IMG/VR virus record: IMGVR_UViG_3300049889_000013
Location: 1-46,840 of that record
DNA length: 46,840 nucleotides
Source of the DNA: a virus
Taxonomy: Duplodnaviria; Caudoviricetes
Strand: one strand, 5' to 3'
This document shows positions 22,093 through 31,610 of this stretch, piece after piece. Each line of letters starts with the position of its first letter. The stretch's first letter is position 1. The notes beneath the pieces are model-generated. The model searched no databases, was not told where the DNA came from, and was given only the letters and a program-made list of their open reading frames with translations. A program made the position numbers and the translations under genes.

Positions 22093-24366
22093 TCATCTCA
22101 CAATTCCGGCCGGCGAGCCCAGCGCCACGATGTTCTCGATCGCCCACGTCGCGCCGGATCCGTTGTTGGCCAGGTACAGGTAGAAGCTGTTGGCGCGGAA
22201 GCGCGAGAAGGATCGCTGGCGGCCGCCGGCGGTGTACGTGCCGAGCAGCTCCTGTGTGGCGCTGGCCGCGGCTTCGGGATCCGCGCCGCGCATGACGAAG
22301 ATCTGCAGGCCGGTGGTGCCGACGGCCGGGATCACTTCAAACTGCTGCAGCATGAACTCATCGAAGTCCCCCTGGGGCTGAACCGGGCCGATCATGCAGA
22401 AGCTGCTGATGCCGTCGCCGTCGTCGTCGAGTGCTGCCAGATCCAGCTTGCGCAGGTAGCCGTCGCGGCTGCCGAGGATGAGCACGCGATCGGTGGGCCC
22501 ATCTCCGTCGAACACAACCGAAGCCGTCGGGCCGTGCGCGTCGGGAAAGCGCTGGCGCCAGAAGCCGTCGGTGCGCGCGTCGTAGACCAGGTGGGTGCTC
22601 TGGCCGGTGCTGTTCTTGGTGATGAAGATCCACACCTGATGCCTGTCGCGCTCGTACTGCAGCGTGATCGTGAAGCGGCTGCGGTCGATCGACGCAAAGA
22701 ACTCGTTGAAGCGGCTGGCGCTGATCGGCACTGGCGCGGATCCGCCGCCGGCCATCTTGAAGAGCCCGCCGGTCCCCACGAAGTAGAGGATCCCGCTCGG
22801 GTCGAAGCACCACGCCTGATTGCTGAGCATCCCGATCTCTTCGCTGAGGGTGACCAGCTGGCCATCGCTCGCAGCGGGATCTCCCTGCAGGGCATAGAGC
22901 GAGTGATCGCAACCAATGACCAGCACGTCATCCTGGAACGGGACCAAGGCGACGATCGGCTGGCCGATGCGGCCGGCCTCGCTGGCGTTCAGCTCGACGG
23001 CGCTGGTGGCGTCGTCCTGGCCGTAGAGCCAGTCGGTCGGATCCAGCGCGCGCGAGAGAAATGCGTTTTGCGGGTTGTCGTCTGGCGCGGCGAGCACCAA
23101 CCGCCCGCGCCACGTGCAGGCGAGCCGGCAGCCGGCGGGGACCTCGCCCTTGCCGACGGCCGCGGTCAGGTTCGCGATCGTGCCGGCGCGCACGTCGATC
23201 TTCTTCGTCTCGACGCCGTTCACCAGGTAGACGTCGCCATTGACGTCCGTGAGGCTCGGGCGGTTGGTCGTATTGAGGCCAGTGGTCAGCTGAGCCATCG
23301 CCGCCGGCGTTCCGGTCCACACTTCGCCGCCGCCGGTGGCGATCAATCGCACGTCGCGCGCGACGACGTCGGTGGCCGCGGTCACCAGCTCGAACTGTTT
23401 CACGTCGAAGTTGGTGTAGCTGCCAGCCGCGGGATAGCTCGCGCCGAAGGCAACGCGCGTGTTGCCGGCGTCGTGCGTGCTGGTGTGGGTGAGGTAGGAA
23501 ACCCCGTTGATCTTGCAGGCGAAGTCGTTGCCCGTGACGACGAGCTCCAGGAGCTGATCGTCGGCGTCGGGATCAAACCAGGAATCGTCGGTGTTGTCGA
23601 AGCTGGCCACTTCCGTCGAGCCCTCGAAGAGCTTCACCACGGAGTTGCCGGCGATCTGCATCGTCACGCCGGCGCCGGCGGTGAAGGCGCTGTCGAGCCG
23701 GACGCTGATGTTGAACGTGCCGAAGTGAAGCGCCGCCACGCGGGCGCTGAGGGTGTAGTCGCTGCCGAGCGCCGTTCCGGTTTTGCGCCGCACCGCCCAG
23801 GGGGTCCGGCCATCGTGCAGGGCGTTCGCGCCTGAGCCGTCGGAATCCGAGAGCCCGGCGCTGCCGTCGTTGGCCTCCACCGACCAATAGAACGTGCCGG
23901 CCACGTTGTAGTTTTCGTAGCGGATCCACACGTTGCCGTCGGCCGTCGCGCTGTAGAGCGCGTCGAAGTAGAGATCTGCCGCGCCGGCGCTCTTCTTCGC
24001 CTCCCACGTCGCGCTCGCCAGCGCGTTGACGCTGTCCACGTTGACGTCGTCTTCGGGATCCGGCGCGTCGGCGTAGGTGCTCCACAGCTCGTTGAAGATG
24101 GTGGATCCGCCGGCGGCCGCCTGGCCGAGTGTCACCTGCAGGAGCCCGTCGATCGCCGAGCCGCTGGCGAGCTGCGTGGCCAGCAGCTTCGAAATCCCCG
24201 GGCGCTGTCCGCCGCGGGCTCGCTTCTGCACGACGTCGTAGGGCAAACAGTTGAGCTGAGCGCGCGACGTGCCCTTGCGCTGGCCGCCTGCCGCGAAGTT
24301 CTCGTCGTAACCCTTGAGCGGAAAATCGAACCCAACCCGCTTCGCGCCGGGGCCTGCGTTGGGCAT
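22093..24366 (-). CDS. Tail nozzle/tubular protein B-like
   Basis: 757 aa, beta-propeller-like segments (WRGRLVLA, S...DPTDW, IVALVPFQDDVLVIG); follows the adaptor. Confidence 0.65.
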   Translation of the reverse strand: MPNAGPGAKRVGFDFPLKGYDENFAAGGQRKGTSRAQLNCLPYDVVQKRARGGQRPGISKLLATQLASGSAIDGLLQVTLGQAAAGGSTIFNELWSTYADAPDPEDDVNVDSVNALASATWEAKKSAGAADLYFDALYSATADGNVWIRYENYNVAGTFYWSVEANDGSAGLSDSDGSGANALHDGRTPWAVRRKTGTALGSDYTLSARVAALHFGTFNISVRLDSAFTAGAGVTMQIAGNSVVKLFEGSTEVASFDNTDDSWFDPDADDQLLELVVTGNDFACKINGVSYLTHTSTHDAGNTRVAFGASYPAAGSYTNFDVKQFELVTAATDVVARDVRLIATGGGEVWTGTPAAMAQLTTGLNTTNRPSLTDVNGDVYLVNGVETKKIDVRAGTIANLTAAVGKGEVPAGCRLACTWRGRLVLAAPDDNPQNAFLSRALDPTDWLYGQDDATSAVELNASEAGRIGQPIVALVPFQDDVLVIGCDHSLYALQGDPAASDGQLVTLSEEIGMLSNQAWCFDPSGILYFVGTGGLFKMAGGGSAPVPISASRFNEFFASIDRSRFTITLQYERDRHQVWIFITKNSTGQSTHLVYDARTDGFWRQRFPDAHGPTASVVFDGDGPTDRVLILGSRDGYLRKLDLAALDDDGDGISSFCMIGPVQPQGDFDEFMLQQFEVIPAVGTTGLQIFVMRGADPEAAASATQELLGTYTAGGRQRSFSRFRANSFYLYLANNGSGATWAIENIVALGSPAGIVR

Positions 24367-25094
24367 TACGAATCTCCCGGCATGAGGACGGCGGTGTGAG
24401 GCGCGATGCGCAACACGTCGCTGTCCATGTCATCCACCTGGCTCCTGAGCGTGCCGACGTCGGAGCCGCCGGCGGCGGTGTCGGCCGCCTTGTAGTCGAT
24501 CAGCATCGAGTTGAAGAGCTGCCAGTCATGCCCGGCCTGCTGGATGGTGTCGCTGACCGCGATCGCGCGCACGAGTCGGCGCAGCAGCTCGAAGTATCCG
24601 TAGGGGATGTTGGGGACGTCGGTGTCGCCGCTGAGCGTCGGGATCAGCTTGCGGTACGTGAGGTACAGCGCGTCGGCGAGGTCCGCGGTCGGCAGGGGCG
24701 CGATCTCGAGCACGCGCTTGCCCGGGGCCGTCACGGCGGTTTGGCTCTTCTGGCCGAGGAAGTAGACCAGGGAGAAGTTGCTGGTGATGCCGAACACCCG
24801 CACCCGGTTGATCGTGGCCGGATCCGCCTTCCGCACGGCCGTATCGCGCGCGACGGTCGAACCCACCAAATCGATCAGATCGCCGAAGTCATCCGGCAGA
24901 TCCACCTGGCCGACGGCATTGGTCAGGCTGAGCGTGGTGATCGTGACGCGCCAGCTCCAGTCGAAGATCGTGCACAGGTACTCCAGCGCCGCGTTGACGA
25001 CGCGGGCCGAACTGGTGCGCGCGTCGGGCACGCCACCAATGGCGTGCTCGGCTTCGCTTTTGAGTTGCGCAAACGTGAGAGAGTACAGGGCCAT
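24366..25094 (-). CDS. Head-tail adaptor (tubular protein A-like)
   Basis: LTFAQLK...VN.A....DWSW...LPDDF...P.P...Y....P.L..DTD.P.IP pattern. Confidence 0.7.
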   Translation of the reverse strand: MALYSLTFAQLKSEAEHAIGGVPDARTSSARVVNAALEYLCTIFDWSWRVTITTLSLTNAVGQVDLPDDFGDLIDLVGSTVARDTAVRKADPATINRVRVFGITSNFSLVYFLGQKSQTAVTAPGKRVLEIAPLPTADLADALYLTYRKLIPTLSGDTDVPNIPYGYFELLRRLVRAIAVSDTIQQAGHDWQLFNSMLIDYKAADTAAGGSDVGTLRSQVDDMDSDVLRIAPHTAVLMPGDS

Positions 25095-25185
25095 CGGGCC
25101 GCTCCTTCAAAGAGGGGAGAGCCGCCGGCGGACAGAACGAACGCCGGCGGGCATCTCCCGCTTCGCTGATGGATCAGCACGGCGC

Positions 25186-25680
25186 TTAGCTGACTGCGCC
25201 GTTGATGACCTTGTTGAACGAAATCCCGTCGAAGAGCACCCAGATCAGGACGGCCGAGTCGGCCGCCTGAGCCTCGAGCGCCACGCCCACGCCGATGTCC
25301 ACGCTGCCGACGGCCGCGGAGGCCTTCGAGAGCGACGTGCTGGCGTTGCTGGCCTTGAGGCGGTTGATCTTGGCGACGTCGGTGGTGCCATCGACGAGCA
25401 CCTTCACCGGGCCGCTGATGACCGCTTCGCCGATCTCGCCGGCTTTGATGATCTTGGGGGTGACCACCAGGATGCCGCCGAGGTTGGCCGTGAGAACGCC
25501 GACGAGGTTCTGCTGCGCGGCGCGGATCGGATCCGCCGCGCCGCTGGTGTCGCTGTCCGCGGCGCCGAGGTCGAGGGCGTAAACGCCGCCGGCGACGGTA
25601 TCGGTGCCACTGACGTTCTTGACGAACACCTTCTCAACTTCGAAGGAGTCGCCGCCAAACTGAATCGTTTTGCTGTGCAT
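25186..25680 (-). CDS. Putative capsid decoration/cement protein
   Basis: Directly after the capsid gene; IKAGEIGEAVISGPVKV...GVALEA pattern. Confidence 0.6.
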   Translation of the reverse strand: MHSKTIQFGGDSFEVEKVFVKNVSGTDTVAGGVYALDLGAADSDTSGAADPIRAAQQNLVGVLTANLGGILVVTPKIIKAGEIGEAVISGPVKVLVDGTTDVAKINRLKASNASTSLSKASAAVGSVDIGVGVALEAQAADSAVLIWVLFDGISFNKVINGAVS

Positions 25681-25863
25681 GATCGATCGATCACTTCCAC
25701 AGCCCCAGGTTGTGCTTTCATCTCGTGCGCTGATTGCCGGCGGGAGCCAGCTGCACAGCGCACCCTACGAATCATCGGCCACTGAGCTGAGCGAACCCGA
25801 GACAGCGCGCCGGCGGCTAAGGAGGGCGGAAACCGCCGGCGGCTGCTCAGGCTTCACGGAGGC

Positions 25864-26979
25864 TTAAGTGGTGAAGATCTTGCCCTGACGGCGGCGCGAG
25901 CGGCACATCAGGTTGTAGTAGGTGTTCTTGTACACCGCCCAGGAGAAGGGCTGATTCACGCTGCCGCGCATCGGGCCCACTTCTTCCATGAACGTGTCGC
26001 CGTGGTACACCGGGAACAGGTAATCCAGGTGGACCCAGAAGAACGGCGGCTGGCCGTCGGTCTCGGTCTCGTCGAGGATCTCCAGGTCCAGGATGTCGAT
26101 GTTGTTGAAGGCAGCGTCATCCGTGCCCCAACCCGCATCGTTGCGACCCTTGCCCGGCGCGCGCAGGCGGTCGTTGCTCGCGCGGTTCAGCGCGAGGTAA
26201 CCGTTCACGCCCTGCTGGTTGGTCAGGATCTTGACCTTGTCAAAATCCGTGCCCGGCGAGCCGACGCCGTTGTTGAAGCCGGCGATGCGCTTCCAGCGCA
26301 GCTTGCGCCACATGCGATCGAACGCGGTGTACAGCGTGTCCGCCGTATCCCCGCCGCCGGTGGCGGTCGACCAGTCGAAGGTCTCGAACTGGTTGCGCCA
26401 GCGCGTTTCGGTCGTCGGGTTCACGCCCTGGATGGTCGTGAAGCCGGCGGGCGCGAGCCCGTCGTTGGTGAGGAAGCACTTGATGCTGTACGGCACCAGG
26501 CCGCCATCGGCTTCCATGTCGTTCGTGTCCGGCGTCGAGAAGAGGGCCTCTTCCATCGAGTCCCAGATGTCGAGCTGGCACGCTTGCTCCCAGCTCGTCT
26601 TGAGCCGCGTGTAGACGTCGGCCGGGTTGCCGCCGGCGGCCATCTGCAGGCGGACCTGTTCGTTGGTCCAGCCGTAGTTGCCCTGGTGGAAACGCCACGG
26701 GCAGGAGATCTGCGTGAGCGTGTCGACGCCCTTGGGCTGGAGGTTCTGGTTGGGCCGATAGAAGCCGGCGTTTGCCATCTTCTTCAGCTGGATCTGATCG
26801 ATGATCTTCGAACCGGTCTGAACGACTTCATCGTTGCCGCGGCCCTTGAGCATGAGCGCGAGCAGGTAGCTGCGACGCGCGCATTCGTTCAGGATCTCGG
26901 TCGTCGGAGTGATCTTGTGGGCCTTGGTGGCGAGCACAAAATCGGCAAAATCGGGGAGTGCTGTCCCGTCGAGAGACAT
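25864..26979 (-). CDS. Major capsid protein
   Basis: 371 aa after the scaffold-like gene; G..I...GFY...W..., WRNQ, NL.C.SRRRQG motifs; strong codon bias. Confidence 0.8.
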   Translation of the reverse strand: MSLDGTALPDFADFVLATKAHKITPTTEILNECARRSYLLALMLKGRGNDEVVQTGSKIIDQIQLKKMANAGFYRPNQNLQPKGVDTLTQISCPWRFHQGNYGWTNEQVRLQMAAGGNPADVYTRLKTSWEQACQLDIWDSMEEALFSTPDTNDMEADGGLVPYSIKCFLTNDGLAPAGFTTIQGVNPTTETRWRNQFETFDWSTATGGGDTADTLYTAFDRMWRKLRWKRIAGFNNGVGSPGTDFDKVKILTNQQGVNGYLALNRASNDRLRAPGKGRNDAGWGTDDAAFNNIDILDLEILDETETDGQPPFFWVHLDYLFPVYHGDTFMEEVGPMRGSVNQPFSWAVYKNTYYNLMCRSRRRQGKIFTT

Positions 26980-26996
26980 GGTGACCTCGCTGTTTG

Positions 26997-28229
26997 TTAG
27001 CGACCGTCAACCGCCCTTCGGGCCTCATCGGGTTTCACACCGTGCGCGAGCTGATCGTAGATCGCGTGCGCGCGTTCCTTGGGGGTGAGCGTCCGAGGCT
27101 CGGCACGGTTGCCGGTCCCACGCATCGCGCTCCCCTGCAGTGATCGATTCCGACTGGCCAAAAGAGACGCCTGAGCGGTCTGATGGATGTTGGTTTTGAA
27201 CAGACTCGCCGCGGCGTCCTGGACAGCTTCCCCGAAGGTGTAGCCGGCCGGGTTCCCGCCCGCGGCACGATGCAGCAGCAGCGCTTTCTCCTTCAACTTG
27301 TCGCGCAGCTGCACGCCCTTTTCAGGATCGTTCAGCGCCTCCAGCCCCGGCTGTTCGGCCAGGCTGTCGACGGCGTTGTTGAAGTGCCCGTTGACGTGCT
27401 CTTCCATGAGGAAGTTCAGCGCGCCGACGAGCTGATTGCGCTCCTGCTGGTTGTGCTGCACCACACGGCCAACCGTGCGCTGCAGCGTCTGCGCAAGCTC
27501 ATCTCCACCGAGCGTCTGCAGGGTTTCGAGGTCTTTGGGATCGATGAACTGATTGACGTCCTGTGCCGCGGGCTCGCCGGCCGCCGGCGCTTGTTGGCGC
27601 TGTTGGCCTGCTGGCTGTCGCTGCTGCTGCTGTTTGCCGTCGCCGGCCACCAGCTCGTCGCTCTCATCGGTCCCGCCGGTTCCCGCGTCCTCAGATTCGG
27701 GGGCGGTCTGCGTTGCGCCGGGGGTCTGCTTCCCTGCTTTCCCCTGGCGCTGCTGCTGCTGAAATTCACGATCAGCTGCAGCCTGGCTCTCCCGGAGGTT
27801 CTTGAGGATCTTCACCTGGTTTGAAGGTGGGATCGCTCGCCACGTATCCGGATCGAGCTGTGCGCGCTTCAGCACGTTCAGATCCTTCGAGGTCATCCCT
27901 TCCGGCCACTCGACGGTGTCGGTGGTTTCGGCAGGAGCTGCCTCGTCGGTTTTCGTCGTCGGCTGCTGCGCGCTCGAGGTTTTGGACGGATCCGACTTGC
28001 TCGCCGCGGCGGGCTTTTTCGTGTACACAGCGCGGTTGACGTCGTCGGGCTTCTCGCCCTTCGCCAGTCGATCGAACGCTTCCCGATGCTGCTCTCTGGC
28101 CGGGGCTGTGTTGGCCTGAGAAGCTGCAGCGCTCTTTGCGTCTGACGAAGGGGGAGAAGCCTGAGCTGCCGTCCCCGCTGCCTGTGCAGCACTTGCTTGC
28201 CCATCCGTGGGCGGTGTCGTCGGTTCCAT
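26997..28229 (-). CDS. Putative scaffolding protein
   Basis: Low-complexity N-terminus and helical Gln-rich body, immediately upstream of the capsid gene. Confidence 0.65.
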   Translation of the reverse strand: MEPTTPPTDGQASAAQAAGTAAQASPPSSDAKSAAASQANTAPAREQHREAFDRLAKGEKPDDVNRAVYTKKPAAASKSDPSKTSSAQQPTTKTDEAAPAETTDTVEWPEGMTSKDLNVLKRAQLDPDTWRAIPPSNQVKILKNLRESQAAADREFQQQQRQGKAGKQTPGATQTAPESEDAGTGGTDESDELVAGDGKQQQQRQPAGQQRQQAPAAGEPAAQDVNQFIDPKDLETLQTLGGDELAQTLQRTVGRVVQHNQQERNQLVGALNFLMEEHVNGHFNNAVDSLAEQPGLEALNDPEKGVQLRDKLKEKALLLHRAAGGNPAGYTFGEAVQDAAASLFKTNIHQTAQASLLASRNRSLQGSAMRGTGNRAEPRTLTPKERAHAIYDQLAHGVKPDEARRAVDGR

Positions 28230-28285
28230 CCGTGAATCCTCTGTGGCCGGTGGGGTTGCCCGTAGGTCTCACCTGGCCGCGCTGA

Positions 28286-28594
28286 TCACTCCCGCACCAA
28301 TCCTGTTTGGGCCATGATCTCGCGCTCGTGTTGCGAACTTTCGATGATTGGATGCCCTTCCGGTGTCTCACGGCAGCCGGGGAGCCCCTGGTTTCGTCGT
28401 GAAACGTAGGGGTAACCGGCAATCGACGTCCGCAGCGCAGCGTCCGCGATCTGAGGCACCGACATGATGCGGGTGAGGGTGTTCGACTTGCATCGAGGGC
28501 ACGCTACCTGACTGCCGAGGGCAGGGGCTCGCGTGATGCTGATGGTTCGATCCTCACGGTGTCCGCAGCGACATTCAAACTCGTAGGTCGGCAT
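28286..28594 (-). CDS. FmdB-family zinc-ribbon protein
   Basis: MPTYEFECRCGH...CPRC......RIMS. Confidence 0.8.
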   Translation of the reverse strand: MPTYEFECRCGHREDRTISITRAPALGSQVACPRCKSNTLTRIMSVPQIADAALRTSIAGYPYVSRRNQGLPGCRETPEGHPIIESSQHEREIMAQTGLVRE

Positions 28595-28765
28595 CTTCGC
28601 CGGGGATCATCGGGAGGGTTTTGGTGAGCGCACAGGAGGTTGAGATCATTTTGCTGGTTTTCACGTAAGTGGAGGGGTAGAACCGACACCAACTCAGGGC
28701 TCAATCGGGGGCGCGAAGGCCGGCGTGGGAGTTTGGCCGCCGCGCACCACAGCACGGGAATGCGT

Positions 28766-29008
28766 ATGAACAAGGGCAAATCGAAATCACCAGCGCGGCT
28801 GCGCCTCGCTGGATCCTCCACGGCCAAGAGCGAGCTGCCAAGCATCAAGCTGATCGAGCGCAAGGTGCGCTTCACGCAGGGCCAGCTCGACCGCCTGGCC
28901 GACTACCGCGCGATGCACGACGGCAAGACAGAAGCCGACGCGATCCGCGATCTGTTCAACGCCGGCGTCCGCACGCTTTTGCCTGCGAAGCTGGCGATCG
29001 CCGCCTGA
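28766..29008 (+). CDS. Ribbon-helix-helix-like DNA-binding protein
   Basis: RKVRFTQGQLDRLADY...TEADAIRDL; ends LAIAA. Confidence 0.65.
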   Translation: MNKGKSKSPARLRLAGSSTAKSELPSIKLIERKVRFTQGQLDRLADYRAMHDGKTEADAIRDLFNAGVRTLLPAKLAIAA

Positions 29009-29019
29009 TTTTTAGTCAA

Positions 29020-29322
29020 ATGCCCGACCAGAAGCGCGACGGTGGACGGGATCAGTTCCCCCGCCTGACTGTCGATCACCCCGAAACGGAGCTGACCGAA
29101 GATCCACGGTTCAACGCTCACCTGTTGCGGCACGATCTGCGCGACAGGATGAACCTGGTGAAGCTCACGGCCGCCGAGATCCGGCGGACGAAGCACCCTC
29201 CCCATGATCTGCTCGACGAGTGGGCGGCCACGCTGGAGCGGCAGGTGGATGCGATGCTGGCGCTGATCGTCGTCGTGCGCGAAGTGCCAAAGCCGAGCGA
29301 TCCGCCTGGGCAAGCGGGGTAA
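29020..29322 (+). CDS. Hypothetical protein
   Basis: 100-aa ORF directly after the RHH-like gene; GC3-rich. Confidence 0.5.
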   Translation: MPDQKRDGGRDQFPRLTVDHPETELTEDPRFNAHLLRHDLRDRMNLVKLTAAEIRRTKHPPHDLLDEWAATLERQVDAMLALIVVVREVPKPSDPPGQAG

Positions 29323-29436
29323 CTTTTGATCCGAGGCGTCGATCGGCGTTCGCGCCGGCATGGCAGGCTCGATGTCGCGTGGCTGTTTGGATGACCCGGA
29401 GTCTTAACCCCGGATGGGGCCTACAGCTTGCGCGAG

Positions 29437-29464
29437 GCGGCCGCCGGCTTTGACCGGCGGCCGC
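29437..29464. terminator. Hairpin between convergent genes
   Basis: GCGGCCGCCGG-CTTTGA-CCGGCGGCCGC; weak U-tract. Confidence 0.45.
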
Positions 29465-29545
29465 TAAATTCTTGTCACGCTGGAGCGTATATCGAGTGGG
29501 GGCGACTCTCGAGCAAATCACCGTTTACCCGCGCGCTCGAGGTTT

Positions 29546-31420
29546 TCAGGCCCCCGCCCGAGCTGGCTGACCGAAGCCCAGCGCGCTCCCCGCCTGATTA
29601 GCGATGCTCTTGTTCACCAGGTTGGCCAGAAACGGACTGACGCCACCGCCGCCACCGCCCGGCGCCGGCAGCTGGCGCTGAGGCTGCATCGCGCCGACCG
29701 GCGCGCCGGCCGTCGCCTGCTGGATCTGCGGATTGGTCCCCGGCGGGAGCTGCTGAGCCATGGGGTTCAATCCACCCATCTGCCCGGGCATCACGCCGGC
29801 CTGGATCATCTGCAGGCCGACGGCGTTCAGCACCGTCTTCGAAAAGTCCGGCAGGTTGTTGGCCTCGCCGATCATGTCGAGCACCGCCGGCCAATTCACG
29901 TAGGGAAACTGCGGAATCATCGGCGCGATCTGCACGACGAGCGCGAGCGTGAGCTGCGCCTGCTGCTGCTGGACGGCCGGATCCACGCGGCGCATCGAAT
30001 AGGGCTCGATATCGAGGAAGAACTGCGTCCAGCTGGAATCCTCCTGGCCGGGCTGCTGACCGCCGAGAAACACGCCCTCTGACTCCTGGCCCGTCGCCGG
30101 ATCCTGATAGTTCACGTGGGCAACCACCGCGTCATCGTGGAAGTGGTACCAGCCGATGCGCGACAGCGCCTCCTTCACACCGCCGCGGAATTTCAGGTGG
30201 ATGAACTCGGTGCGCGCATCGCCTGAGCTGTGGGCGATCTCGGCCTCCGTCGCCGTGACGCCCTGCGCCTTGCCGCGCGCGGCTTCGCTCTGCCCGCTGT
30301 TGCGATCGGTGCGCTGCAGCAGCAGGTTGAGGTAGAGGATCCGCTGCTCGGTCGTGCCGCCCAGGGCCACCGGCAGCACGTTCTGACCGTTGAGCCCTTT
30401 GACGGTGATCACGCTGTTGTTCTCAGCGCGCTCGATCTGCCGCGCCAGCTCGGGCTGATTCGCGTCGACGAGCACCAGGCTCTTCGCCGTCGCCGCCTCC
30501 TTGGCCGCGGCCGCGGCGTGCGCGTTCAGCTCCTGATCCTGTTCGGCCATCGCCGCGATCGGCGAGAGCGGATAGACCTGGTCGGGCACGCTGTACACCC
30601 CAAAGAAAACAAACGGCCCTTCGTCGGGCCCGTGGTAATCGCTCAGCGGCCGGACCCACCGGGCTTTGCCCTGGGCGCTCAGCGCCAGCGTTCCAATCTG
30701 GCGGATCTCGGGCAGGTAGATCTCGTACAGCGTGACGCGGCCGCGGACGTTGGCGTTGGCAGCGCCCGGATCCTTGAAGGCGCGCTCGCCGGCGGTGCGA
30801 CCGACGGCCTTTTCGTCGTCGGCCGTCATGCCGTCGACCGCGGCTTTGTCGAAGCGCTCGTCGGCCTGCAGGTCGGACAGATCGCGCTGGAACATATGCC
30901 CCACGATGCGGGCGCTGTTCACGTTGTCACATTGCGCGTCGATGATGATGTTGGCCGGCGGGATCCGGATGAGAAACGGGGTCAGCGCGTCCATCGTGAA
31001 GCGCCCGCCGACGCCGCCCTTGCTGCCGGCGTAATCGCTGCGCGGCTCCAGGCCCACCTTCGCCACCGCAAAGCAGAAGAGGAAGTCGATCGCCAGCAGC
31101 TCCAGCTCGGTGCGGGCGTCGACGTCGACGATCCACCCGTTCAGCGCCATCTCCATGAACTGCGCGATCGGCTTGTGGGTGATCGTGCGCTTGGCCGACA
31201 CCTTCACCGCGGGGTTGTCGAAGATGATCTCGGGCAGGATCGACGCCACGAAGTTGAAGATCATGTTTTCAGGCCGCGGCTTGCCGCTGCGCTGATCGGT
31301 GCGGTACCAGTTGCTCACGTACTTCCGCACCAGCGACGTCGTGTTGGTGATGATGCGTTTGCGCAGCTCTTCGGCGGCGCGGATCTCCAGCATCAGGTTA
31401 TCGGGATCGGTCGAAATCAT
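29546..31420 (-). CDS. Portal protein
   Basis: 624 aa after the terminase; NMIF..V..I.P.I.F.NP, VTLYEI, SG.SEAARG...VTATEA motifs of P22-like portals. Confidence 0.85.
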   Translation of the reverse strand: MISTDPDNLMLEIRAAEELRKRIITNTTSLVRKYVSNWYRTDQRSGKPRPENMIFNFVASILPEIIFDNPAVKVSAKRTITHKPIAQFMEMALNGWIVDVDARTELELLAIDFLFCFAVAKVGLEPRSDYAGSKGGVGGRFTMDALTPFLIRIPPANIIIDAQCDNVNSARIVGHMFQRDLSDLQADERFDKAAVDGMTADDEKAVGRTAGERAFKDPGAANANVRGRVTLYEIYLPEIRQIGTLALSAQGKARWVRPLSDYHGPDEGPFVFFGVYSVPDQVYPLSPIAAMAEQDQELNAHAAAAAKEAATAKSLVLVDANQPELARQIERAENNSVITVKGLNGQNVLPVALGGTTEQRILYLNLLLQRTDRNSGQSEAARGKAQGVTATEAEIAHSSGDARTEFIHLKFRGGVKEALSRIGWYHFHDDAVVAHVNYQDPATGQESEGVFLGGQQPGQEDSSWTQFFLDIEPYSMRRVDPAVQQQQAQLTLALVVQIAPMIPQFPYVNWPAVLDMIGEANNLPDFSKTVLNAVGLQMIQAGVMPGQMGGLNPMAQQLPPGTNPQIQQATAGAPVGAMQPQRQLPAPGGGGGGVSPFLANLVNKSIANQAGSALGFGQPARAGA

Positions 31421-31442
31421 TCGAAGCTCCAGGGGGTGAGGG

Positions 31443-31482
31443 ACTTGTAGCGCTACAAGTGGCGCTACAGGTTTGCGCTACA
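31443..31482. repeat. 18-bp palindrome plus three GCGCTACA repeats
   Basis: ACTTGTAGCGCTACAAGT (31443-31460); GCGCTACA at 31450, 31462 and 31475. Confidence 0.8.
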
Positions 31483-31497
31483 ACTTTGCTCAGGGGT

Positions 31498-31608
31498 TCA
31501 TCGGCGTGATTGCCAGCGGTGGTGCAGGTGGCAGCCGCCCTTCACGACGAGGAAGTAAACGACGCCGATCACGGCCACGGCCGCGGATCTGATGAGAATC
31601 GCATCCAT
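31498..31608 (-). CDS. Small single-TM peptide (36 aa)
   Basis: ATG 2 nt after the terL stop: MDAILIRSAAVAVIGVVYFLVVKGGCHLHHRWQSRR. Confidence 0.4.
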   Translation of the reverse strand: MDAILIRSAAVAVIGVVYFLVVKGGCHLHHRWQSRR

Positions 31609-31610
31609 GC

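Noticed and set aside
27893-28204. Nested +1 ORF in the scaffold gene
   Set aside because: Main-frame codons are atypical, but there is no SD and the product is not protein-like.
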